Shown here: piece by piece, positions 7,674 through 17,498 of the stretch | How positions within the stretch are numbered: the stretch's first letter is position 1 | How the letters are laid out: every line of letters starts with the position of its first letter | Assembly: GCA_964519195.1 (NCBI GenBank) | Contig: CAZFLU010000001.1 | Coordinates: 1-25,772 of the forward strand | Origin: an uncultured Planctomycetia bacterium | Lineage (GTDB): Bacteria; Omnitrophota; Gorgyraeia; JABMRN01; RBG-13-46-9 | Direction: 5' to 3' | Length of the DNA stretch: 25,772 nt | Notes under the pieces: model-generated | Databases searched by the model: none | What the model was told of the DNA's origin: nothing | Seen by the model: only the letters and a program-made list of their open reading frames with translations | Translations under genes and position numbers: made by a program

Positions 7674-7685
7674 AATTAACTATAA

Positions 7686-9011
<1,326 letters not shown>

Positions 9012-9022
9012 GGAGGCATAAG

Positions 9023-9949
9023 ATGGCTAGAATATTTGAAGATATAACAAAAACCATAGGGAACACTCCTCTCGTTAAAATAAACAGGATGGCAAAAGAT
9101 GCGGCAGCCACGATTCTTGTAAAACTTGAATCTTTCAATCCGCTTTCGAGCGTGAAAGACAGGATTGGCGTTGCGATGATAGAGAAAGCGGAGAAAGAAG
9201 GGAAGCTTAAAAAAGGCTCCGTTATAATAGAGCCCACAAGCGGTAACACGGGTATTGCCCTTGCTTTTGTAGCGGCTGCTAAAGGCTACAAGCTTATCCT
9301 TACTATGCCGGATACGATGAGCGTGGAACGAAGGCAGCTTCTCAAGATATTGGGAGCGGAACTTGTCCTGACAGAAGGCGCTAAAGGCATGAAGGGAGCC
9401 ATAGAAGAAGCTGAAAAACTTGTAAGAGAAACGCCGGGAAGCTTCATGCCCCAACAATTCGACAATCCCGCTAATCCCGAGATCCACAAAAAAACTACCG
9501 CGGAAGAAATATGGCGCGATACCGAAGGGAAAATAGATATCTTTATATCAGGTGTCGGGACCGGAGGAACGGTAACCGGCGTAGGAGAAGTCTTGAAAAA
9601 AAGAAACCCGGATGTTAAAATTATAGCCTTGGAGCCGGTTGAATCTCCCGTGCTTTCCGGAGGCCAGCCGGGTTCGCATAAAATACAGGGAATAGGCGCC
9701 GGATTCGTGCCTTCTGTTATAAATACAAAAATAATAGACGAGATCATTAAGGTGGCGCATACTGATTCCGGAAACATAGCGCGTCGCCTGGCCAAAGAAG
9801 AAGGAATATTCGCAGGCATCTCGAGCGGAGCGGCAATGTGGGCAGCGCTGGAAGTCGCTAAACGCCCTGAAAACAAGGGAAAGACCGTAGTAGCCGTACT
9901 TCCTGATACAGGCGAACGGTATCTTTCTACATGGCTCTTCCAGGAATAA
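9023..9949 (+). CDS. cysK: Cysteine synthase A (O-acetylserine sulfhydrylase)
   Basis: [48 protein letters not shown]. Confidence 0.95.
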   Translation: MARIFEDITKTIGNTPLVKINRMAKDAAATILVKLESFNPLSSVKDRIGVAMIEKAEKEGKLKKGSVIIEPTSGNTGIALAFVAAAKGYKLILTMPDTMSVERRQLLKILGAELVLTEGAKGMKGAIEEAEKLVRETPGSFMPQQFDNPANPEIHKKTTAEEIWRDTEGKIDIFISGVGTGGTVTGVGEVLKKRNPDVKIIALEPVESPVLSGGQPGSHKIQGIGAGFVPSVINTKIIDEIIKVAHTDSGNIARRLAKEEGIFAGISSGAAMWAALEVAKRPENKGKTVVAVLPDTGERYLSTWLFQE

Positions 9950-9955
9950 AAAAAT

Positions 9956-11077
9956 ATGACCGACAAAAATAGTTTAGGCATTGTAAAAACAGAATATTTT
10001 ACGTTCGCTTACCATCCCGAAGAACTGGTGTTAAGTTCCGGAAAGAAAATAGGCCCCGTAGCTATTGCTTATGAAACTTACGGCGAACTGAATGAGGATA
10101 GATCTAACGCAGTGCTTATCGAGCACGCTCTTTCGGGTGATGCCCACGCGGCAGGATTCCATAAAGATGATAAAAAGCCCGGATGGTGGGATGCGATGAT
10201 AGGCCCGGGCAAAGCGTTCGATACGAAAAAATATTTTGTGATCTGCTCTAACATAATCGGAGGGTGCAGCGGTTCAACGGGCCCCGCGTCCGTAAACCCT
10301 AAAACCGATAAACCTTACGCGCTTGATTTTCCGTTCATAACAATTGCCGACATGGTAAGGGCCCAGAAAGAGCTTATAGATCATCTTGGCATAGAAAAAC
10401 TTTTATGTGTTGTCGGCGGTTCAATGGGGGGCATGCAGGCCCTTCAATGGGTAGCGTCGTATCCCGAAAAAGTTAAAACCGCGATACCGATAGCGACTGC
10501 CCTAAAACATTCGCCTCAACAGATAGCCTTTAATGAAGTGGGCCGGCAGGCTGTCATGTCAGATCCCGCCTGGCGCGGCGGAAATTATTACGGCCATAGC
10601 CAGCCGGAGCGGGGCCTTGCTCTCGCGCGCATGATAGGACATATTACCTACATGAGCGACGAGTCAATGGAGAAAAAATTTTCCAGAAAACTTAAGGACA
10701 AAGGCTACAGTTTTTCATTTTCCGCTGATTTTGAGGTGGAGGGATATCTAAAATACAGGGGGGATAGCTTTGTAAAACGATTTGACGCTAACTCATATCT
10801 TTACGTAACCAAAGCTATGGATTATCTCGATCTTTCCGATGGCAAGCTTTTTCCGCATAGTAAAAAAATAGACACAAAGTTTTTGATCATAGCGTTTAGA
10901 TCAGACTGGCTTTATCCGCCGTATCAACTCCAGGACCTGGTGCGGCAGCTTAAGATAAAACACGTTGACGCCACCTACTGTGAAGTAAGGTCAAATTACG
11001 GGCACGATGCCTTTCTTCTGGAATTCAAAGAGCAGACCCATCTTATAAAACATTTTTTAAATAGGAACCTTAAATAA
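9956..11077 (+). CDS. metX: Homoserine O-acyltransferase (MetX family)
   Basis: [14 protein letters not shown] nucleophile motif, [20 protein letters not shown]. Confidence 0.92.
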   Translation: MTDKNSLGIVKTEYFTFAYHPEELVLSSGKKIGPVAIAYETYGELNEDRSNAVLIEHALSGDAHAAGFHKDDKKPGWWDAMIGPGKAFDTKKYFVICSNIIGGCSGSTGPASVNPKTDKPYALDFPFITIADMVRAQKELIDHLGIEKLLCVVGGSMGGMQALQWVASYPEKVKTAIPIATALKHSPQQIAFNEVGRQAVMSDPAWRGGNYYGHSQPERGLALARMIGHITYMSDESMEKKFSRKLKDKGYSFSFSADFEVEGYLKYRGDSFVKRFDANSYLYVTKAMDYLDLSDGKLFPHSKKIDTKFLIIAFRSDWLYPPYQLQDLVRQLKIKHVDATYCEVRSNYGHDAFLLEFKEQTHLIKHFLNRNLK

Positions 11078-11677
11078 ATGAAAGTAAAATGTAACATTGA
11101 CAGGATCGACTACCGCGTAATTTGCGAGAACGTGGGTGAGGGCTCTCGCGTCCTGGATCTCGGATGCGGCGAGGGCGACCTTCTGGCCATTCTGGAAAAA
11201 GAAAAGAACGCTAAAACCCAGGGCATAGAACTTAAAGAAGAGGCGATATATAAATGCGTTGAAAAAGGGCTTAGCGTTTTTCATGGAAATATAGACGCCG
11301 GTCTCATAGAATACCCTGACAAATCTTTTGATTACGTAATACTCAATCAGAGCATGCAGGAAGCCAGGAACGCTTCGTATGTAATAAACGAGGCGCTTCG
11401 GGTAGGGAAAAAAGCAATAGTGGGCTTTCCTAATTTCGCTCATCTTTTAGCAAGGTCGAGGCTTTTTTTTAAAGGACGGGTCCCGATAACAAGATCTCTT
11501 CCTTACAGGTGGTACGATACGCCGAACCTGCATTTTTTAAGTATCTGGGATTTTCTGGATTTTTGCGAAGATAAAAATATCAAAGTGCTTAAAAAGTATT
11601 ATCTTGGTTCGAGAAAATTCGTAAAATTCCTTCCTAATATTTTCGCTTTAAACGCTGTTTTTATAATAAGTAGGTAG
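11078..11677 (+). CDS. metW: Methionine biosynthesis protein MetW
   Basis: VLDLGCGEG, FDYVILNQSMQ, VGFPNFAH, LPYRWYDTPNLHF; directly follows metX. Confidence 0.92.
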   Translation: MKVKCNIDRIDYRVICENVGEGSRVLDLGCGEGDLLAILEKEKNAKTQGIELKEEAIYKCVEKGLSVFHGNIDAGLIEYPDKSFDYVILNQSMQEARNASYVINEALRVGKKAIVGFPNFAHLLARSRLFFKGRVPITRSLPYRWYDTPNLHFLSIWDFLDFCEDKNIKVLKKYYLGSRKFVKFLPNIFALNAVFIISR

Positions 11678-11680
11678 ATA

Positions 11681-11992
11681 GTGGAGCAAGACTACAAAGA
11701 GCCGGCCTATACCATAGGCATCGCTTCAAAAAAACTCGGCGTATGCTCTGCCACGCTCCGCATATGGGAAAAGAAAAAACTCATAAAGCCTTCCCGCATA
11801 GGGAAAAACAGGTTTTACTCAAAATGTGACATGGACAGGCTGGAGCGAATAAAAGAGCTTCTGCAGAATAAGCATATCAATATCGAAGGCGCGCGCAACA
11901 TACTTAATGCTACCCGCTGCTGGGAAGTAAAAAAATGTAAACCCGGGGAAAGAGATAACTGCCGGGTTTACCTTCGCTATGGGAACGCCTAA
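11681..11992 (+). CDS. MerR-family (HspR-like) regulator with C-terminal CWxxxxC-x7-C motif
   Basis: YTIGIASKKLGV..ATLRIWEKK.LIKPSR...RFYS HTH; tail CWEVKKCKPGERDNC; GTG start. Confidence 0.8.
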   Translation: MEQDYKEPAYTIGIASKKLGVCSATLRIWEKKKLIKPSRIGKNRFYSKCDMDRLERIKELLQNKHINIEGARNILNATRCWEVKKCKPGERDNCRVYLRYGNA

Positions 11993-12046
11993 AAAATTTT
12001 TGCAGAGTACCTATAAATACACCTTATATATGATATGTAAATAGTA

Positions 12047-12075
12047 TTGACATATATGGCGTTTTGTGTTAATTT
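12047..12075 (+). promoter_or_regulatory. sigma70-type promoter for thi4
   Basis: TTGACA (12047-12052), 17 bp, TAATTT (12070-12075) preceded by TGn. Confidence 0.55.
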
Positions 12076-12083
12076 TGTGTTAA
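12062..12083 (+). repeat. Exact 11 bp tandem repeat TTTTGTGTTAA x2 overlapping the thi4 -10
   Basis: 12062-12072 and 12073-12083 are identical. Confidence 0.85.
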
Positions 12084-12119
12084 TCATGGATTCAAAAGCC
12101 GGCCGGCAAGGAGGAAAAA

Positions 12120-12953
12120 ATGTTTAAACCTGTAAACGAAGCGAAGATCACAAGAGCTATAGCGAAAGAGTTTTATTCATGGTTCGAAAATTACATTACT
12201 TCCGACGTCGTAATAGTAGGCGGCGGCCCTTCCGGGCTTGTCGCGGGGCGGGAACTTGCTTTGGACGGCCATAAAGTTTTAATAATAGAAAGTAATAATT
12301 ATATCGGCGGAGGATTCTGGATAGGCGGATATCTCATGAACACGCTTACCTTCAGAGAACCGGCTGACCAGGTATTAAGGGAATTAAATATACCTCACAA
12401 AAAAGTAGATGACGGACTTTTTGTAGCGGACGGACCGTCCGCGTGCTCAAAACTTATTTCAGCCGCTTGCGACGCGGGAGTGAAAATGCTTAACATGACC
12501 AAATTTGATGACGTTGTATTAAGAAATAAGAAAGTAGAAGGAGTTGTCATAAACTGGACACCTGTATCGGCCCTTCCCAGACAGATCACATGCGTTGATC
12601 CTGTAGCGCTTGAGTCAAAAATAGTGGTTGATGCCACAGGCCATGACGCTCATGTATGTAAAAGCCTCGAAAAAAGAAAGCTCATTAAGATCTCGGAATA
12701 CGGCCCGATGGATGTTGTAAGTTCGGAAGAAGCGGTTGTGAAGAGAACAGGGGAGATATTCCCCGGACTCGTAGTCTGCGGTATGGCTGCCTCAACAGCT
12801 TACGGCCTTCCGCGCATGGGCCCTACATTTGGCGGCATGCTTTTATCCGGAAAAAAAGCAGCCGAGACAATAAAAGCCAAGCTTGAGAAGATGAAAACTT
12901 CCGAGCCACGCGAAATTCCGGAAGCGGTATTACAGCCTGAACCGAACGTTTAA
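12120..12953 (+). CDS. thi4: Thi4-type adenosine diphosphate thiazole synthase, Cys-containing form
   Basis: DVVIVGGGPSGL, GGGFWIGG, INWTPV, ITCVDP, VVDATGHDA, GLPRMGPTFGGMLLSG. SD AAGGAGG. Confidence 0.92.
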   Translation: MFKPVNEAKITRAIAKEFYSWFENYITSDVVIVGGGPSGLVAGRELALDGHKVLIIESNNYIGGGFWIGGYLMNTLTFREPADQVLRELNIPHKKVDDGLFVADGPSACSKLISAACDAGVKMLNMTKFDDVVLRNKKVEGVVINWTPVSALPRQITCVDPVALESKIVVDATGHDAHVCKSLEKRKLIKISEYGPMDVVSSEEAVVKRTGEIFPGLVVCGMAASTAYGLPRMGPTFGGMLLSGKKAAETIKAKLEKMKTSEPREIPEAVLQPEPNV

Positions 12954-13014
12954 TATCCGGATCAAAAGACGCCGCGTGCATGTTCCCCCTTATAGAAGCT
13001 TCCTTAAATTCTTC

Positions 13015-13045
13015 TTGAATTAATGATACTCATATGGTATCATTA
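13015..13045 (+). promoter_or_regulatory. Upstream promoter (TTGAAT-N17-TATCAT) overlapped by a 25 bp palindrome TAATGATAC-N7-GTATCATTA
   Basis: The 9 bp arms at 13021-13029 and 13037-13045 are exact reverse complements; -35 at 13015-13020, -10 at 13038-13043. Confidence 0.6.
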
Positions 13046-13080
13046 TCTATGCCCGGAAACCGTTTTCCTGTAATTAAATC

Positions 13081-13109
13081 TTGCATATATTACATATAAG
13101 GTGTATATT
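13081..13109 (+). promoter_or_regulatory. sigma70-type promoter proximal to nifS
   Basis: TTGCAT (13081-13086), 17 bp, TATATT (13104-13109). Confidence 0.5.
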
Positions 13110-13137
13110 TTTACATACGCATAAAATGGAGAAAAAT

Positions 13138-14331
13138 ATGGCTTTGAAAAGAATATATATGGACCATAATGCTACGACACCGCTTCATCCCGAAGTGAAA
13201 AAAGCGATGACAACGGCCATGGAGCATTTTGGTAATCCGTCAAGCCTTCACAGTTTCGGAAGGGACGCCAAAGCGCTGGTTGAGGAATCCCGCGAAAGAG
13301 TAGCGTCTTTCATAAATGCCGGTCCCGAAGAGATAATATTCACTGGTTCCGGTTCCGAAGCCAACAATACGGTCCTTTCGATCTTTACCTGCTGCGCGTC
13401 GAGAAAATGCGAACATACCGAAGGATGCGGCACCGGCATCGTAACAACGAAGATCGAGCACCCCTGCATTATGGAAACGTCCAAATGCCTGCAAGACCAG
13501 GGAATAAAAGTTTCTTATCTCAACGCCGACTGCCTCGGAAAGATAAATCCCGAAGAATTAAAAAGTCTTATATCGCCCGCTACCGGCATCGTATCTATCA
13601 TGACAGCCAATAATGAAATAGGCACCTTGCAGGACATAAAAGAGCTTGCCGGGATCGCCCATAGCGCCGGAGCGCTTTTCCATACTGACGCTGTTCAGGC
13701 TGTCGGAAAAGTGCCGATAGACGTCAAGGAACTGAATGTTGATTTTCTTACCCTCTCAGGCCACAAAATTTACGGCCCAAAGGGAATAGGCGCGATATAT
13801 GTCAAAAAGGGCGTTAGATTCTGTCCCATGATACGCGGCGGGCACCAGGAACAAGGCCGCCGCGCGGGCACTGAAAACACTATCGGTATAGTAGGGCTAG
13901 GAAAAGCGATAGAAATGCGCTCTCTGGAAATGAACGGAGAAGAAAAAAGGCTTTTAAAATTAAAAAACGCGCTTCGCGAAGGCATTGAAAAGAACATAAA
14001 AGACGCGCGCTTTAACGGACACCCTACAGAGTCTCTCGCCGGCACGCTTAACGTTTCTTTTGACGGAGCAGAGGGCGAATCCATACTTCTCTATCTTGAC
14101 CTGAAGGGGATAGCTGTTTCAACAGGTTCCGCTTGCGCTTCGGGATCGCTTGACCCGTCTCACGTTCTCCTTGCTACGGGGATGCCCGCTGAACGCGCGC
14201 ACGGCTCCATACGGATAAGCCTGGGCCGTGAAAATACCATGAAAGAAGTGGAGTATGTCATAAGATCCATGAAAGAAGTTATAGAGAAAATACGCAAAAT
14301 GTCCACGGTCGGAACAGGGGACGAGAAATGA
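13138..14331 (+). CDS. nifS: Group I cysteine desulfurase (NifS/IscS) with Cys-rich insertion
   Basis: YMDHNATTP, GNPSS.H, HTDAVQA, SGHKIYGPKG (PLP Lys), STGSACASGS (catalytic Cys). SD GGAG before ATG 13138. Confidence 0.92.
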   Translation: MALKRIYMDHNATTPLHPEVKKAMTTAMEHFGNPSSLHSFGRDAKALVEESRERVASFINAGPEEIIFTGSGSEANNTVLSIFTCCASRKCEHTEGCGTGIVTTKIEHPCIMETSKCLQDQGIKVSYLNADCLGKINPEELKSLISPATGIVSIMTANNEIGTLQDIKELAGIAHSAGALFHTDAVQAVGKVPIDVKELNVDFLTLSGHKIYGPKGIGAIYVKKGVRFCPMIRGGHQEQGRRAGTENTIGIVGLGKAIEMRSLEMNGEEKRLLKLKNALREGIEKNIKDARFNGHPTESLAGTLNVSFDGAEGESILLYLDLKGIAVSTGSACASGSLDPSHVLLATGMPAERAHGSIRISLGRENTMKEVEYVIRSMKEVIEKIRKMSTVGTGDEK

Positions 14332-14939
14332 ATGAGAACGGCCCATGGGCCTATACTGAAAAAGTAAAAGAACATTTTACCGATCCCAGGAACATACTGT
14401 TTGATGATAAGAATTACAAGTATGACGGGAAAGGTCTGGTCGGCAATGTTAAATGCGGGGACCAGATGGTATTTTATATACAAGTGGATAAAGATAAAAA
14501 TACAATAAAAGATTGCAAATGGCGGACATACGGCTGCGCTAGCGCCATAGCGAGCACATCCGTCCTTTCCGAAATGGTAAAAGGCATGACTTTAGACAAA
14601 GCCTACCAAATAAGCCCGAAAGATATAATGAAAGAGCTTGGGGCCTTGCCGGAACACAAGGTTCATTGTTCCGTGCTGGGGGATAAGGCGTTAAGGGCCG
14701 CGATCAATGATTATTATGAAAAGAACGGAATGCAGAATAAGGTAGAGAGAGAAAAAACGCGTATAGTCTGCCAGTGCATGAACGTGACCGACGCGGAAAT
14801 AGAGCGCGCGGTCCTTGAGGGCGCGCGTACCATGCTCGAGCTTCAGGAACGGACAAAGCTCGGGACCGTTTGCGGGCAATGCAAGCCGGAAGCCGCGAAA
14901 CTGATGGAAGAATACGTAAAGAAGCATTTTGGAAAGTGA
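14328..14939 (+). CDS. nifU: NifU-type Fe-S scaffold: IscU domain plus BFD-like [2Fe-2S] domain, no Nfu domain
   Basis: VKCGD, YGCASAIAS, KVHCSVL (three scaffold Cys), followed by VCQC...GTVCGQC. Confidence 0.88.
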   Translation: MNENGPWAYTEKVKEHFTDPRNILFDDKNYKYDGKGLVGNVKCGDQMVFYIQVDKDKNTIKDCKWRTYGCASAIASTSVLSEMVKGMTLDKAYQISPKDIMKELGALPEHKVHCSVLGDKALRAAINDYYEKNGMQNKVEREKTRIVCQCMNVTDAEIERAVLEGARTMLELQERTKLGTVCGQCKPEAAKLMEEYVKKHFGK

Positions 14940-14947
14940 GGAACATA

Positions 14948-15478
14948 ATGGATAAGCCCGATATGGAAAACGCGCTTAAAAAAGCGCTGGAAATGGAAGA
15001 AAAAGGCGAAGATTTTTACAAGGATGTTTCAAAAAAATGCAAAAACCCTGTTACCCGAAAAACCTTTTCTTTTCTCGCGGACAATGAACTTCTGCATATA
15101 GACAGCATAAAAAAGTTTTATAATAGCATGAAAGAGAAAAAAGAATTTCCGTCTCTTGACCTGGACAAATTACATGATAAAAGGACGAGCGACCTCAAGA
15201 TCTTTTCAGAGACCATAAATAACCTGAAAGAAAAGATCAAGCCGAGCGACGACGATAAAAAAGCGTGCGAATTCGCGATGGACTTTGAGAACAAAGGCTA
15301 TAAATATTACGAAAACATGCTGAAATCCGTATCGGACCCGAAGCTCACAAAGTTCCTCAAGTTCCTTCTGGAGGAAGAATCCCGTCATTACGAAGGCATA
15401 GAAAGGCTTTACAGGTATATTACGGATTCTGAAAACTGGTTCATGTACGAAGAGGGCTCGTTCCCGCAAGGAGGGTAA
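14948..15478 (+). CDS. Ferritin-like / rubrerythrin-family di-iron protein (no rubredoxin domain)
   Basis: Duplicated helix-pair pattern: ALEMEEKGEDFY...NELLH and AMDFENKGYKYY...EESRH. SD GAGG before ATG 14948. Confidence 0.85.
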   Translation: MDKPDMENALKKALEMEEKGEDFYKDVSKKCKNPVTRKTFSFLADNELLHIDSIKKFYNSMKEKKEFPSLDLDKLHDKRTSDLKIFSETINNLKEKIKPSDDDKKACEFAMDFENKGYKYYENMLKSVSDPKLTKFLKFLLEEESRHYEGIERLYRYITDSENWFMYEEGSFPQGG

Positions 15479-15479
15479 C

Positions 15480-16028
15480 ATGGATATAAAAAATATTGAA
15501 TCCTGGGCAAAGAGAAATTTTAATAACGCGATATGTCTTATGGGGGTCATACCTTGCCTGGTTTTTATATATTTATTGACGAGCCGGCTGGCGTCAATGA
15601 ATATATTTACAGGCGACATAGGTTATATAATGATAGCCACGACAACGCTTTTGATACTCGGAATAATAATAGGAAGGACCATGCTCTGGTCAGTAGTAAA
15701 GCGCCTCTTTGAGTTCAACGAAGAAATACTTCATCTTCAGAAGAAGCTTGTAGAGAAGAACAGGCTCGCCGCCATAACCGAGACCACGCTTGCCTTGAAA
15801 GACCAGATCATAAATCCGCTCGCTGTCGTAAGAGGGAACGTTGACCTGCTTGAGCAGGATTTTGTGAGAACCAACATTTCAGAAGAGATAAAAGATAAGC
15901 TGATAGACATACGCAATAACTGCGAGCGCATCAAGGAAGTAACCGATAAGCTTTCAAGCCTTTCAAAACCCGTGGTTACAACTATTCACGGTAAAGTAAG
16001 GATGATAGACCCGTCCCTTTCAGAGTAA
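15480..16028 (+). CDS. Two-TM membrane protein with degenerate HisKA (DHp) domain and no ATPase domain
   Basis: Two hydrophobic segments, a coiled coil, then RLAAITET.LALKDQIINPLAVVRGNVDLL; stops about 70 aa later. Confidence 0.7.
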   Translation: MDIKNIESWAKRNFNNAICLMGVIPCLVFIYLLTSRLASMNIFTGDIGYIMIATTTLLILGIIIGRTMLWSVVKRLFEFNEEILHLQKKLVEKNRLAAITETTLALKDQIINPLAVVRGNVDLLEQDFVRTNISEEIKDKLIDIRNNCERIKEVTDKLSSLSKPVVTTIHGKVRMIDPSLSE

Positions 16029-16030
16029 TT

Positions 16031-16378
16031 TTATTTTTTTACCATTACAAGAAGCATCTTGAATTTATTCTCTGCTTTAAGCGAGTGAGGCTTGTTCGCG
16101 GGCATTATTATCATCTCGCCCTTTGAAGGCTCAAATTTCTTACCGTCTATCATGACCGCCGCTTTTCCGTCAAGAACGTAAACAAGCGCGTCAAAAGGGG
16201 CCGTATGCTCGCTAAGGCCCTGGCCTTCGCCGAAGGCAAAAAGCGTTACTGTCCCGCTTTCCTTTGTTATTATGGTGCGGCTCACTACCGAGCCATCCTG
16301 ATAATCTACCATGCTTTCCATGTTCAATATTTTAGCCGTTATGTTTTCCGCGCTTTTTTCTTTCTTGATATTATCCAT
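16031..16378 (-). CDS. Cupin-domain protein
   Basis: SVVSRTI, VTLFAFGEGQGLSEHTAPFDA, GEMIIMPANKPHSL. SD AAGGA before ATG 16378. Confidence 0.88.
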   Translation of the reverse strand: MDNIKKEKSAENITAKILNMESMVDYQDGSVVSRTIITKESGTVTLFAFGEGQGLSEHTAPFDALVYVLDGKAAVMIDGKKFEPSKGEMIIMPANKPHSLKAENKFKMLLVMVKK

Positions 16379-16394
16379 GTTTTCCTTTCTTTTT

Positions 16395-17444
16395 TCAGAA
16401 CGCGCCAAGCTTCAGGATCTCACTTATGTATCCCAGCATGGCGGCTTTATGCTTCCCGCTTATTTTAAAAGTCAGTATCAATTCTTGACATTCTTTTTCG
16501 AGGCCCGAAATTATATTCTTAATGCATGAAAAGCTTCCGGTCGCTACTATTATCCTACGGATCTTCGCAAGGTCTTTAGCGCTCACCGAATTAGCGGAAA
16601 GTATTTTATTTATAAATGCCTTTTCGCGCCCGGAAGACCTCTCGTAGGCGCAGGCAAGAGGCAAGGTTTTTTTACCTTCTGTAAGGTCAGATATGCCCGG
16701 CTTTCCGGTTTGGCCGTCATTTTCAAAAAGCGCCAAAACATCGTCTTTTATCTGGAACGCCCTTCCGGCCAGAAGTCCCAGCTTTTTCAGTTTCTTTATT
16801 TCCCGATCTTTCGCGCCTCCTAATATCGCGCCGGTTGAAAGGGGGCATATAAAAGAATAATAAGCGGTTTTATGGTCATAGATCCTGTAGATATCAGCCT
16901 CTTTTATATCCTTAATGCTTTCCATTGAAGCCAAAAGTTCCATGAACTGTCCGCTTCCTGTATAAGCAGCGGCCCTTATAAAATCCTTAAGCGCTATTTC
17001 CTTGCGCCCGGCGTCCTCTTCTATAGAAAGAAAGGCCTCTATTGACATTGCGTACATAACGTCGCCGGCGATTATGGAAAGGTCCTTTCCCGTAAAGCGC
17101 GGGCTTTTAGAATGAGCGATAAAAGCGTTAAATTTTTCGTGCATGGAAGGCATGCCGCGGCGCGTTTTGGCATTATCTATTATGTCATCGTGGATTATTA
17201 TGAAATCATGAAGGAGTTCAAGGGCAAGGGCGGAGCGCCACAGGCCGTTTTTTATTTTTTTTGAATAGCTTTTATAGGATAACACAAAAAGGACGGGCCG
17301 CAGCATCTTTCCGTTCTGAAGCACGAATTTCCGAACTTCTTTATAAAGAACGGGCGAAGTTCTTTTCAGCGAATATTTTTTATCCAAAGCCTTTATGAAG
17401 TGTTTTATCTCGAGCTTAAGCCTATTTTTTATTTCATTAATCAT
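16395..17444 (-). CDS. Polyprenyl diphosphate synthase (IdsA/HepT-like)
   Basis: GKMLRP, ELLHDFIIIHDDIIDNAKTRRG (first Asp-rich motif), GQFMEL, KTAYY, FQIKDDVL, GK...SDL.EGKKT. Confidence 0.9.
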   Translation of the reverse strand: MINEIKNRLKLEIKHFIKALDKKYSLKRTSPVLYKEVRKFVLQNGKMLRPVLFVLSYKSYSKKIKNGLWRSALALELLHDFIIIHDDIIDNAKTRRGMPSMHEKFNAFIAHSKSPRFTGKDLSIIAGDVMYAMSIEAFLSIEEDAGRKEIALKDFIRAAAYTGSGQFMELLASMESIKDIKEADIYRIYDHKTAYYSFICPLSTGAILGGAKDREIKKLKKLGLLAGRAFQIKDDVLALFENDGQTGKPGISDLTEGKKTLPLACAYERSSGREKAFINKILSANSVSAKDLAKIRRIIVATGSFSCIKNIISGLEKECQELILTFKISGKHKAAMLGYISEILKLGAF

Positions 17445-17450
17445 ATTTTA

Positions 17451-17460
17451 ATGATATCAT
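17451..17460. promoter_or_regulatory. Palindrome ATGATATCAT forming an extended -10 (TGATATCAT) on both strands; candidate bidirectional promoter
   Basis: Lies in the 54 bp gap between divergent genes. On the - strand TATCAT is followed by exactly 6 nt and then the prenyl synthase ATG. Confidence 0.55.
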
Positions 17461-17498
17461 ATAAGGAAGCCGGGCACAAACATAAAACCCAGATTTAC

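Noticed and set aside
12098-12107. GC palindrome GCCGGCCGGC in the thi4 leader
   Set aside because: Too short for a stable hairpin with a loop, no U-tract, and a single occurrence.
11993-12119. TPP riboswitch upstream of thi4
   Set aside because: No CTGAGA or other conserved core, and the leader is too short after the predicted promoter.
15440-15478. Encapsulin targeting peptide on the ferritin-like protein
   Set aside because: The tail WFMYEEGSFPQGG does not match the LxVGSL-type motif and no encapsulin is in the window.
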